Assembly: GCA_951406725.2 (NCBI GenBank)
Contig: OX597830.1
Span: 34,720,001-34,784,000 of the forward strand
DNA: 64,000 bases
Direction of reading: 5' to 3'
Source of the DNA: Octopus vulgaris
Taxonomy: Eukaryota
The position numbers and the translations under genes were made by a program. A model generated the notes under the pieces. That model was not told the origin of the DNA. It ran no database searches and worked only from the letters and a program-made list of their open reading frames with translations. This document shows, piece after piece, positions 14,791-27,530 of the stretch (position 1 is the stretch's first letter; every line of letters begins with the position of its first letter).

Positions 14791-15286
14791 CATACATACA
14801 TACATACATACAGGTATACATTCTGCCTGTCCCCATCTCCCTCTATATATGTATGCGTGTAATATGCATTTATATATATTATATACACAAATATATCCAA
14901 ATGTATCTATATGCATACGTATTTATAGGCACATATATATACATGTGAAGACATATATATACATGTGAAGATATATATACATGTGAAGATATATATACAT
15001 ATATACATATGAAGATATATATACATAAGATATATATACATATATATATATATACATATATTCATATGAAGATATATATATATGAATATATGTGTATCTA
15101 TATATATTTACATGTGAATATATATATATATACATATACATGTGAATATATATATATACACATATACATGTGAATATATATATATAAATATACATGTGAA
15201 TATATATATATATATATATATACATGAGAAATATTCATACGTCAGTATGTATATACATATTTAACACAGACACAACATATGCCTAC

Positions 15287-15325
<39 letters not shown>
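14700..15325. repeat. (TA)n-derived minisatellite with acatgtgaagatatatat units
   Basis: Repeated catgtgaa/catatgaa motifs in a TA background. Confidence 0.85.
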
Positions 15326-15326
<1 letters not shown>

Positions 15327-15749
15327 ACTCCCAATGATAAGCTGCTGTATAATACATATATAATAAAATATTGGCGAACTTCGTTCCTCATACTAGAATA
15401 TACTGTCTGAATTAAAATCTCTGCCACCTGCTCACAGACAATACTATTAGTTTGACTAAACTTTAATTATATAACGTTAAGCTGTTGAACTAAACATTGT
15501 GCTTTATAAGGTCTAACAGTTGCTGTATAAGCAATTGTTCTGAACTGTTCATGTCATTTACTTGTTACCCAGTTCACTGTAACGAAGCAACTAATATAAT
15601 ATTCAGCTTATATAAATCAGAAGAATCGAGCAGGATTGTTGTAAAATACGCCCAGATGAACAATTATTTGTATGTGTGTGTAATTGTGTATGTGTGTGTA
15701 ATTGTGTATCTGTGAATTTATGTAGATAGATAGAGGGGGATGTGAGGTA

Positions 15750-15950
15750 GACAGGCACACAGACAGACAGGTATACAGACAGATAGGCACACAGGCAGTC
15801 AGGCACACAGGCAGTCAGACAGACAGGCACACAGACAGACAGGCACATAAACAGACAGGCACACAGACAGACAAGCACACATACAGACAGACAGACAAGC
15901 ACACAGACAGACAGACAAGCACACAGACACACACAGAGACAGACACACAA
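15750..15950. repeat. (CAGA)/(GGCACA) compound tandem repeat
   Basis: Degenerate agacaggcacac units. Confidence 0.85.
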
Positions 15951-17636
15951 ATCCTAGCTCTTAAGAAAAATCCTGGGTTTTTACGAGGAAAAAATTATTG
16001 CTTTATTTATAATTTAATCTAATTCTTTCCTTCAAAATAGTTGTTACCATGGTTATCGTTTGTGATAGTTCCGAAATGTGTCCTGGAACTCGTTTTCAAA
16101 GGTAATGTGCTGTAACTCGTAACGAATTTCCTTCAAAATTTTCTATCGTCTGAGATCGTTGGCGTTTCCGGACTGATTTCAAAATGGGAGGTAAGTGGTG
16201 AAGGAGACAAATCAAACGAACTCTACGGATGTGAGACAAGTCTTGTCACGTGATTTGGAGACAAATAGTAATGTGGAGGATTAAATGTATATAAAAAATA
16301 ATTACTTTAATATGTTGAAAGCGACAATGTGAAAATTAGCTTCTAATAAGAAATGTAAGATTCGTTATTTGAATGTGGGTAAAGATGAAAAATACAAATT
16401 TCCAATAACAATACATTATACGTACAGGATATACATGTGTATGTCGATAGGGCCTGGGTTTTTAGTTAAGCTTATTTTAAATATTTAGCTATAAAATAAT
16501 TTGAAACAAGGGTTAGGAAGAAAAATGAAATGGGTTAAAATCAATGAGTGTATTACATAATAACGAAATGAAAATTACGTATTGATTGGCTGTAAGTATT
16601 GTAAAGATATTTCTTTAATGATGAATGAATTAAAATAAACCAACGATCAAGTTAAAGAACTGAAAATAAAAAATTCTTACCTCGACGAATGAATTGTATT
16701 CCTGAAAAACTAACTTAGAAAATATTTCTTAGTTCCAACTTAGGAGTAACAAAAATTTTTGGACAGTCAAGTAACAAGGAAAATTGCACAAAACGGAACA
16801 CAGTGTGAATAGGTAACAGGGTTAAAAGGAATAAACTAATAAATAAACTAATAAATAAATAAATAAATAAATAAATGCATAGAATGAAGAAACAACTAGA
16901 TACATCAAAGATAAATGTTAAAGTGTTTACACCATCGAAACATGAGTTAAAATATAACAATCAGATTTATACAGATTGATATTTGAAAACCTATTCTAAA
17001 CAGGTTAGGAAAACAAAGGAACCGATTTAAATGAAGAAACAGCGTATACATAATAGGGAAATGTATGGCTCTAAGAAAGGGGTGGGGGAAGGGTATCTTT
17101 TTTCTTCACAAATGTAAATAAATCCAATCTGTTTCTTAAAGGAGGGACATATTCATTATGCACAGAATGTTATTGACCTAAATGGAGGTCAGCGATTGGT
17201 TAAAATTGCCGAAATGCTCGAAATTAAAGACGAAATATGTTACAACATATAGAATTTTCTCAATAAAGCCAAGAAAAAATGATGTTTTATAAATACATTC
17301 TACCAGTATACGAAGTTTAAAAGTGTTTAGTTAACTAGAAATTATGTTACAAAGTGCCGTTCAAAAGGAAAAGATCCGTTACAAAGATAACATATATACA
17401 TAGTTTAGAAGTTCGGACAATCCCGGTTTTTGGTTCCCCCAAAATTGGCCCCAAACAAATTTGGTTTTTCAAACCTCGGATTTCGTCAGTGGATTTCGAA
17501 CCTTGACTTCATAAAATCTGCCTTTCAATTCGTTGTTCAACCTTGGGTTTCAAACCTTACTATGTAGAAACCTTGGAATGTCGAACGTTGGATTTCGATG
17601 TGACACAGAAAATATTTTAACTGATAAGCAAACATT

Positions 17637-18002
17637 TCTGGCGAATTCCTGGAGCATAAGATAATTTCACAAATGCCTAACACATAGCACAAAGTGCAGA
17701 AATTAAATAGGCAATCCCAGCTTCCAGAATCCAATTGGACCTTGTCTCACAGAAAAACTGTCACCAAAACTGAGTGTACAATTATCTCACACAACCTGCC
17801 ACAAATGCAGGGTTCAAAATTCACATAAATATTATAACATAATTTAAGAGATTTTTGTACTCACCCAGATGTGATACTTTTTTTTTTTTTAACTGACAGG
17901 CAAAAAGTTCTGGCGAATTCCTGGAGCATGAAATAATTCCACAAATGTCTTACACAAAGCAAAAAAAACTAAAAGAGGCAATCACCGCTTCCAGAATCCA
18001 AT
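17637..18002. repeat. Diverged ~95-bp direct repeat pair, ~270 bp apart
   Basis: ttctggcgaattcctggagcat...cttccagaatccaat at ~17637-17735 and ~17908-18002. Confidence 0.8.
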
Positions 18003-18207
18003 AGATCAAAAACTCACTGTCACAAAATTCCCCCGCAGGGGGAGGGGGTGCGTAAAATTATGTCTATTTATAAAGTTTTTCCTGGTGTAGCCAATTCGTC
18101 ATAGTTTCTGGGGCTAATAATTATAGCGTCCCTCATTCAACATTGGATTTCACCCTTACAGTGCAGCATGAAAACGATTTATTCTAGTTTACTTTATTGT
18201 CAAGTAT

Positions 18208-18271
<64 letters not shown>

Positions 18272-18288
18272 TGTTATGAAATTATAAA

Positions 18289-18320
18289 TGGTGGAAATGT
18301 CGGGTATCGAACCCGGTCCT
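18289..18320 (-). pseudogene. tRNA 3'-half fragment with encoded CCA (Ala-like)
   Basis: Minus strand ccgggttcgatacccgacatttccacca: T-arm, acceptor strand and CCA; 5' half absent. Confidence 0.55.
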
Positions 18321-18332
18321 ATAAAGATGTAG

Positions 18333-18484
18333 ATGTGTGGTAAGTAGCTTGCTTACCAACAACATGGTTCTGGGTTCAGTCCCACTGTGTAGCACCATGG
18401 TCCACACTGTGGGTCTTCTACTATAGCCTCGTGCCGACCAAGGTCTTGTTAGTGGGATTTGGTGGACGGAAACTTAAACCCGTC

Positions 18485-18490
<6 letters not shown>
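18333..18490 (+). mobile_element. SINE family A, 5' part ending in (TA)n
   Basis: tgtgtggtaagtagcttgcttaccaac...ggttcagtccc...cccgtcgtatata. Confidence 0.85.
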
Positions 18491-18543
<53 letters not shown>

Positions 18544-19475
18544 GATATTTACTAGTTTGTACAGCGTATTGATAAATAATTAAAGCCTACAGGAAATGCA
18601 TTAGAGATTACATGATTAGAATTAATAGATTCATAGCTGCTATGTATAATCAGTTTTGGAATGTGGTTAGATGCAGTAAATGTTTGTGCAAAGTTCGATG
18701 TAGTAAAATAAAACTGTTTGGGGTCGTACAAAACATTCATAAAGTTTGAGCTGTAGGTACGTTTCTTGAGTTGAGTAATTTAAAGAAAGATTTTAGTGAC
18801 TGAGGATTCAGCAGTTTTTAATGTTCATTCTACCATTTCTATTTCAATGACAGGATGATCTAAATACGTAGCCAGTATATCAGGTTATTGCTTTCTTTTC
18901 GCTTTTAGAGTAAGATCGTCTTAACAAAATTTGAAAGACCCGAGGAAAAACTGTTCCTTAGCAGAGAGGTTCGGGAAAACATTTTTCAATAAATTGCTGA
19001 TATCATTACAAGGGCGGTTTAAATGTTTGTGGACATCGATAGATGCTTTGGTAAGGATAGTACAAGAATAGTTCTTTTTAATTCCAAGTAAAATTCGCAG
19101 ACATTCAACATTGGTTAGTCTCTATGGCAATCAAGAATCCAACGCTCTCGAACGAAGAATTTATTAATTTTTGTAATTATAAAAAGATTATTATAAAAAG
19201 ATTAGAAGCCATCTCGATATCCGATCCACCACAGCGAAAAACAATAACAACAGTGAATACAAAAATCATACAGTAGTAGTAGTAGTAGTTATTTTTGTTC
19301 TTGTTGTTATTCATTTTATGCTTGTGTAATGCGTCGTAGCAGAAGACATTGCTAATTTCATTAGAATCGTTAGTTACCACGCTTATACAGTTCTATATTT
19401 AAGAGATGAGGAATTATGTAGATTATTTACCTTATTTACATTTGACGGATATTCGTCCTCATCTTGTTTGTTGTT

Positions 19476-19521
19476 AACACAACGTTTCGGCTGATATACC
19501 CTCCAACATTCATCAGGTGTC
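19476..19521 (-). ncRNA. Minimal type I hammerhead ribozyme motif (stem II mutated)
   Basis: Minus strand gacac CUGAUGA a uguug gagggtatat cagcc GAAA cg UU guguu. Confidence 0.65.
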
Positions 19522-19567
19522 TTGGGAAATTTCGAACCTGGGTTCTCATTCCTAAGGTATTTTTCGA

Positions 19568-19632
<65 letters not shown>

Positions 19633-19722
19633 TCACTGCTTGGAATCGAGCTCAGAATCTTGGGGTTAGTAACACTACGCCATATGCCCACGGGCATATG
19701 GCGTAGTGATCTGAATAATAAA

Positions 19723-19796
<74 letters not shown>

Positions 19797-19860
19797 CAAC
19801 AACAACAACATCATCGAAAAATACCTTAGGAATGAGAACCCAGGTTCGAAATTTCCCCAA

Positions 19861-19906
19861 GACACCTGATGAAGGCTGGAGGGTATAACAGTCGAAACGT
19901 TGTGCT
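19861..19906 (+). ncRNA. Minimal type I hammerhead ribozyme motif
   Basis: gacac CUGAUGA a ggcug-loop-caguc GAAA cg UU gugcu; palindromic ACGU stem III as in Penelope-associated minimal hammerheads. Confidence 0.75.
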
Positions 19907-20960
19907 AACAACAATCAAGATGAGGACAAATATCCGTCAAATGTAAATAATGTAAATAATGTAAATAATGTACCATGCTTATGTCAAACAAAGACATAGA
20001 TTTTCTTTTCTGAATCCAGACGACGTTGTGATATTACACAATTGTCTTGTGAGTATCTCGTCATAAATTCTAACATCTACCGCGGAAAGGTTCTTTTCGG
20101 TTATTGATTGTGCGACATTAAGCGCATCAATCACTAAATGTTGGATGTTTGATAAATCCATAACGTTGATCTGCGTAAGGTTTGTCTTATTTCATATTCT
20201 GTTTAATTTGATCCGTTCAGATACTGATATCGTATTCTGCCATAAAATTAAGTGTGCTACCTTAATTTTATAGGGTTTTCTATCTAATGATTCTTAATTA
20301 TTGTTGTCACGTAAGTTTTGGAAAATTCGCTCATCTAATGGCGATAGTATCTCTGTAGTCTTACAGACTATAAAAACCTTGTTTTGGCGTGAGTTGCTCG
20401 GTCTTCAAATGAATATTTAGGTCAGAAGAAGGTTTGGTCCATGGACATTAATTTGATTATAGGTATCTCATTTTCTCTTCCTATAGGTATGTGCGATGCA
20501 GTATGAAGTGTGTAGTGTGATTTATTTAATAAATATTCTTCGTTTAATTAGAGTGACTGAAATCATTATTTCGCGTAATGCATTGTTCCAATTTGTACAA
20601 GAGTCCACGTTTATTTTCACCCGAAGGCTTCATTGCTGTTGGGAAACAACATTTTGCAAATATGCAGCATTCATGTAAATATACATAACTAAATATAGAT
20701 ATATAACGCATAACTATTGTTTATCAGTGCGTCCACAATGCCAATTGTCATGATTCTGCATGGCATTTGACTGAGAAGAGACATATATGTAATAATCGTG
20801 GTAAAAGCTGAAAATAATCATTTTGGTCAAAACGGTATCTTTGATTTGTACATAAGCAAGGATTGTACATATTACTAGGCCGACTTCTGACATGTACAGA
20901 TGCACGAACATACATAGACACACAAATACATACACATGCTCGTGCGCGTGCATGTATGTG

Positions 20961-21006
<46 letters not shown>

Positions 21007-22184
21007 TATATATATATATATATATACTTATATGCATATGTATGCATATATATTTGTGTATATATATTGCGTGAGGAATATAGGAGACTAAATATGCCTA
21101 CACGAATGCAAACCGACACACACAAAAACACACGCCACACAGACATCCTAGCACACCCATGAATATATATAATTAAAAATATTTTATGTGTTTATAGATA
21201 TGCAGGAAATCTATTTAAGTCACTAGCAGGCACAATATTACTAGCTTCATAGAAAAGATCGGTGCTATTGAAATATGAGGGTTTTAGTTGCTAATTAAAA
21301 ATCTTTAATACCCATTAACTATAGAAATAGTTAGACATTCAATGAGAAGTGTTGTCACCGTCGCCATATTTGCTATATTTGTGAGTATATATATATGCAT
21401 GTGCGTTTGCGTGTGCAAGTGCGTGTGTGAGTGCATGTGCTCAAGTGTGCTTTTATGTATGTGTAGATTCCTTGTTTATTGCTTGTATTAAAACTTCCGT
21501 ATCACAGGCTAAGTTTCTTAACTGCCATGTTAATATTTGCTTAAGTAGCTACTAACTGTTTAATAGCTCTCATTAAGCCTATTCACTAGAAAAAAAATAC
21601 ACTTTGGAACGGCTGAACAATGCTGAACCAAATTCGTTTGACAAGACTTCATAAATATAATCAAAAATTAAAATATGTGTATTTACACACATGCAAACGT
21701 TAATGAGGCTGATATGTAATCTGAAAATAATTAATGATTTTACGATGGCTTAATTTCGAAGTAGTGAGTAAATCTTTTCATCAGTCGAGAACTGTACAAC
21801 ATAAGTCGAGAATTTTGTAAAGAAAAAAATCCCTACAACGGATAAATGTTGTATAACTAAAGAACATAAATTGTATTATAGCTATTAACAGGAAAGCATA
21901 CGTGCATATTTTGGAGAAATAAGAAAATAAATATGTCCGTAGAATATTTTGGCCAACAGTATAGGTGATACATACATACATACATGCATGCATACAAATG
22001 TTCATCTGATGTTCTTATGTGAATAGATGCACATAATTGGGTGTATGCATCAACAGCTCAACGAAGAACTTAAATAACACTGAAAGAAAAACTTACGTAC
22101 GTACATACGTGCATGCATACATACATACATACATACATACATACATACATACATACATACATACATACATACATACATACATAC

Positions 22185-22300
22185 AAAAGTACCCTGTTAT
22201 TGATTTCGAAATTTCACTGACAAACCATTGATTCTAGTTTAGAAATCGGCGCTTTCGCTATTGGCAAGAAATCTTGAAATAAAACTGATTAATGACATAT
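22185..22300 (+). repeat. Diverged copy of the 22883-23000 tail, inside (CATA)n
   Basis: aaaagtaccctgtta...ctattggcaagaaatcttgaaataaaact...aatgacata occurs twice, ~700 bp apart. Confidence 0.8.
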
Positions 22301-22344
22301 ACATGCATACATACATACATACATATTAAGATATACATATTCAG

Positions 22345-23000
22345 GTTTATACCGGGAATGTGAGACACAGTATGGTAGAAGCGATAGCCACTCATTATGA
22401 AAAGGAATACTGGTAGAATGTCCTAGTGAAGACCTCCATAAAATTTAAGCACAACAGACTTGATATAATGATTTGGGATAGAGAAGAGGAACTGTGCACA
22501 GTTGTGGAAAATAACTGCCCAGCGGATTTTGAACATAAACCGCAGATCATTGAAAAAGAAAATACCTATGCTGAACTTTTGAGAAACCTGTTGAGTTCAA
22601 GTTTATACCTGTAATTATTGGGGCCCTGGGATATGTAACACACTGCCTAAACATCAATCTTGAGAAATTATGCTTCTCAAAACCAGAAAGGAGAAAGCTA
22701 ATTCGAAGACTACAGATCTAATCCATCACTAGAACTGTAAAAATTAGTAAAATTTTCAAGAAGTTTGTCATCTAATACATATGAGCATGTTTATATATGC
22801 AACTGTATGCATGAATATACATATATAAAGCAAATCAAACAAATCTGCACATATATATACATACATATATATAAACAGAAATAAAAGTACCCTGTTACTG
22901 ATGTTGAAATTCCAATGAAGGAGCCTTGGATCTAGGTTAAAAACCGTCTCTTTCTCTATTGGCAAGAAATCTTGAAATAAAACTAAACAATGACATACAT
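22345..23000 (+). mobile_element. 3' fragment of RLE-type (R4/Dong-like) non-LTR retrotransposon
   Basis: KHNRLDIMIWDREEELCTVVENNCPAD...KENTYAELLRNL and, after a frameshift, FIPVIIGALGYV...LQI: PD-(D/E)xK restriction-like endonuclease C-terminus; ends in (CATA)n. Confidence 0.8.
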
Positions 23001-23059
23001 ACATAGGTACAGCTTCAGTACCAGAAACTGGAGAAATATAATTCAACATATGAATAATA

Positions 23060-23690
23060 CTCTTTTGGTCTTTCACTTGTTCTAGTCATTAGACTGCGAC
23101 CATTCTTGGAGACAGCATTCAAGAATTTACACGAAGAAATTAAGTCCAGTACTTATACATATAAAGCCTGGTGTAGGACTTATATACGATAGTCTTACAC
23201 GCAGTTTCCGCAGGCAAAATTCCCTCACACGGGTTAGATATAGGAAAAGACACTAGCCAAAGGTACCTCGCATTAAGTCTGAACTCGTAATAACGTGGTT
23301 CTGAAACAAACTTTTTAACCACAAAGCCATTTTCACTTTTTAATCTGTTGAATGTTATAAGAATGCTTCAAAGGCCACGAATACCATGCCCATCACTCAC
23401 GAAACATTTGCACGAAACCCTCCACACTTAAGTAAGTTTGGACACGTAGATACATATTCTTTTTTCTTTTTTTTTTTTTACTTGTTTCAATCAGCTTACT
23501 GCAGCCATGCAGGAACACCGCCTTGAAGTGCATTCGTCGAACAATTCGATCCCAGGATTTGTTTTTTTTTTAAAGTCTAGTACTTATTCTATCAGTCATT
23601 TCGCCTAACCACTACGTTACGGGGACGTAAACACTCCAACACTGGTTGTCAAGGGATGATGGGTGAACAAACACTGTCACTAAAACACAC
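23060..23690 (-). mobile_element. Two decayed SINE family A copies
   Basis: cttgtttcaatcag...actgcagccatgcaggaacaccgcc...gttacggggacgtaaacac is the reverse complement of the family A tail; more degraded copy at 23060-23330. Confidence 0.7.
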
Positions 23691-24004
23691 ACTCATCTAT
23701 TTATTTATCTATCTCTCTCTCTATCTCTCTCTACATATATATATATATGAATTCCTCATAGGAGGGGGTAGCTACAACAAGACACACACCAGGCATTTCA
23801 TTCATTTCCCAGTGACTAAAAGGAGGTGGAGTGAAGAGAGTGGGAATCCACCCCGTCTAGTAAAAAAGTTCTTAAAAAGGCAATATATATATATATATAT
23901 ATATATAAAAAAAGGAGACGTCGAACACGAGTGGTGATATATAAAAAAGGAAATGAAGAAAATGCTGACAAATAATAAGTAATTTAAGTAATTTAATTAG
24001 TGAA

Positions 24005-24065
24005 AGTTCTTTTACGTGCATTTGTTATGCTTATCAAGCATAACAAATGCGCAACAAAAAGAACT
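24005..24065. repeat. Inverted repeat / hairpin
   Basis: gcatttgttatgctt-atc-aagcataacaaatgc (15-bp perfect stem) extended by agttctttt/aaaagaact. Confidence 0.85.
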
Positions 24066-24133
24066 GTGTGTGTGTGTGTGTGTGTGTGTGAGTGTGTGTG
24101 TGCGTGTATGAACGGACAATTAGACAAACATAT

Positions 24134-24172
<39 letters not shown>

Positions 24173-24869
24173 TGTATGTTTTTATATGAATTATATGCAT
24201 AAATGCACGTACACATACACACATTTATACGGTATATACCTGGAGACAATACCTTGACGGCGTGTCAAGTATTGTGGGGTTATACAGAAATTTACAGCTA
24301 TGGAGAGATGAATTAAAACGGGCAATGAAGGTTTGCACCAGGGCAGGTGTGTGGCGCAATCAATATGGAATCTATTATGCATACAAATCTAAATGATAAA
24401 TGTTGTGGATACGTGAATTTATACATCGACAAGCAACACCAACAACAAAAGCAACCAGCGCCACCATCACCACATTAACTAACGCTACATATGTCGACGT
24501 TTTATTCTGTCCAATTTTAAACGAAACACCGATTGAAGCGATTGCCGTAGAACTGTAAAAGCGCAAATAGCATAAACAGCAAATATCTGCAGGCCATACA
24601 GTTATACATGGACAGGCAATATCACAGAATTACTGGAGGATAATTTCTAAAAATTAGAAACGACACGATTATTGAAGAGAATATTGTAGAATTACAGACA
24701 ATAAATTGTCCGAGGAGAATTTTCAACGACTGACGACGAACATCAAAGGGTTTAGTGATCCTTTAAAATTTATGTTAACAGTTGGAGATAACATTTCTGC
24801 TGTACCATTCCCGATCAAAACAATAATAAAAGTGTTAATAGCGTTAGCATCAGCATTGTCCTAATCACA

Positions 24870-25289
24870 ATGACACTCATTATCATCATCAACATCATCA
24901 TCATCATTACTATCACCATCACCATCACCATCACCGTCATCGTCAACGCCGCCAACATCATCATCATCATCATCATCATTACCAACACCATCATCGTCGT
25001 CGTCGCCGTCACCAGTATTATCATCATTATCATCAACATCATCATCATCATCATCATTACCATCACCATCATCGTCATCGTCGTCGTCACCAACATTATC
25101 ATCGTAAAGGTATCATCATCATCATTGCCATCATCACCATCATCACTACTGTCGATACCACCTTCATCTTCACCACCACCGCCATCGCCATGAATATCAT
25201 CATCATCATCATCATCGTCGTCGTCGTTGTTATCATCATCGTCATCATCATCACCATCATCATCATCGTCGTCATCATCATCGTCAACA

Positions 25290-25357
<68 letters not shown>

Positions 25358-25375
25358 AATATTATTATCATTAAT
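24870..25375. repeat. (CAT/CGT/CAC)n then (ATT)n trinucleotide array
   Basis: Direct reading; gives poly-I/D/M pseudo-ORFs. Confidence 0.95.
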
Positions 25376-26666
25376 AATTGCTTTCTCAAGCATAATGGTG
25401 ATATTAAATTGATGATGGAGGTAATTGTGCTGCTAATGAGGCTAATAAGGGCAGCTAAAGGAAGGAAAATACAAATGTGCATTAAGATCGGTAGTGAAAT
25501 GGCAGAAATAAAATCGATAATTTATATAACAACAACAACAACAACAACAACAGCAACAACAACAAAACGCTGTTTATAATAACGTTAAAAGAAGATAATT
25601 GCTGTAATAACGATAGCAATATAACTACAAATATTGTTATATAAAAGTAACTAAATTGATGGCACCATTACAGTTATTGAATAGACTGTGTTGACCTTTA
25701 CAATACACAATGACGTCACCCAACCTGTTAACACGAGTCTCTTTTACAATGGGTAAATGGTGATTTGACACTGTTATAGTCAGATAGAGATTAACCTCTT
25801 TTATAAGACCCTTCACACGTCAGGTCGACCTCGCAACTCAACCGCAGACACATGCAAATAGATAAACCTGCATTAGAATTAGAATTTGCTGCAGAATCAT
25901 AAGAACTCTCCCGTCCACCTAACCGCCGCCTTTCACCTTCCATTTACTCACTCCCCCCCTACACACCCCACCCACACACCTTTCCTATTTACAAACGACG
26001 ATTGACACGGTGCAAAGTGTGTGTGTTGTCTATAGGGTTAATCCAAACACGACGATGACCGCGATCGCTAGCAGAAGCACACTCTGCATCAGACATGTTA
26101 ACAGCTCGTTTATTTCAAACACTGCATCGTCTTTTCCCCATCCAAAGTCGCATTAGTGTATTTTGCATCGATTGAAACTAACACTACAATATAACTAAAC
26201 GCTCCTCCCCCCTCTCTCTCTCTCTCTCCTTCCACTGCAAATGCTCCTCTGCTTTCTTCTCACATCATTACATTTCCTCCGCCACCAACCCTACTACCAC
26301 TACTACTACTACTACTATTACTACTACCACTACCACTCTCCGTTCGACTATTATACCTTACTGTCGCTTTAGTGTTTAAATACTTCTCGTATGGCTTTCA
26401 AACGTACCAATTTTCACCAATTTCTCTGTCGCGGTGTAGTGTCCTCTTGTAAAATGGAAGTATGGCGACTTCCATTACAGTTTTCGCGCACTCATATTTA
26501 CACACACTCACACTCACATACACACACACATACACGCAAACGGAGAGAGTTAAAAGCTTGGAATCTCTATACAGACATAATAAACAGGGTGTTTATTCGC
26601 TCCTACACTAATCCACACGTGCATGTACTAACCACAGATAGTCACGGGTGATATAAGAGCATATAG

Positions 26667-26703
<37 letters not shown>

Positions 26704-27470
26704 TGTGTATGTCTGTATGTATATGTGTGCGTATTGTGTGTGTGAGTGTTTGTGTGTGTATGTGTCTGTGTTTGATTTGTGATTGTGTATGTGTGTGTAT
26801 GTGTGTGAAGCAACATAATTGTCACAAAGTCCAGGATTCTCGTATGCTTGCGATTTTCAAAATATAATAAGTGCAACGCACAAAAATCTCGAATCATCAG
26901 TCTCTTACGTAGCGAGCTTAACAGCCAAATAAAGTAGAGAGGGCAAGAGAGAACAAGGAAAGGGGAGAGAGAGAGAGAGAGAGAGGAAGAGTCAAAGGGA
27001 GACAGAGAGAAAGAGTTTAGCTTTTCTAGCAATAAATAAATCCCTCTTCTCACTGATGTTTAAAAGAGTTCAACGTTTGACAAGTAGAGGTCATTGATAT
27101 GCGAAGGTTACCGAAAAGAGCTTCAAAAACTTAAATTCTCTCAGCAGTCAACGTTTTGCTTGAACCTAAGGAAGATATGTTGCTCACCAATAATTAATTG
27201 TTACGAATTTAGCCACAAAGCCACAAAGCCAGCAGTTTTCAGGGAAGACGATCAGTCGATACCATAAAGCACTAAAACGTCTTCACTGGTACCTTACTTA
27301 AGGGACCCCAGATGGATGAATGATGAAATTGATTTTCGCGGGAATAAATATTTTTCAGTCATTTTGTACGACGCTCTTACGATTCTACTAATCCACTGCC
27401 GCCACCATCGCAACCATCAGTACCACCACCACCACCATCATCATGACCACTACCGCCACACACACCTACT

Positions 27471-27525
<55 letters not shown>

Positions 27526-27530
27526 TAATA

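Larger units (their letters stand above)
19385..19973. mobile_element. Head-to-head palindromic element: tRNA-like head + (AAT)n + hammerhead-containing tail on each arm
   Basis: About 19425-19570 is the reverse complement of about 19809-19955; (TTA)n and (AAT)n mirror each other; centre cactacgccatatgccc-ac-gggcatatggcgtagtg (19673-19708). Confidence 0.9.
18600..20680 (-). pseudogene. Possible decayed DNA-transposase remnant interrupted by the palindromic element
   Basis: Minus-strand peptides AQSITEKNLSAVDVRIYDEI...GFRKENLCLCL (~20.0 kb) and RILLGIKKNYSCTILTK (~19.07 kb) recall the t.D..lY / lGgfH / il.Gk.y motif order of large invertebrate transposases; by eye only. Confidence 0.25.

Noticed and set aside
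17445-17492. Minus-strand CUGACGA...GAAA hammerhead-like match
   Set aside because: Stem II register is poor, the cleavage position would be G and stem I is weak.
21945-21965. Tc1-like TIR (tttggccaacagtata)
   Set aside because: No partner TIR or transposase found.
24815-25579. Poly-N/D/I/M ORFs
   Set aside because: Trinucleotide arrays.
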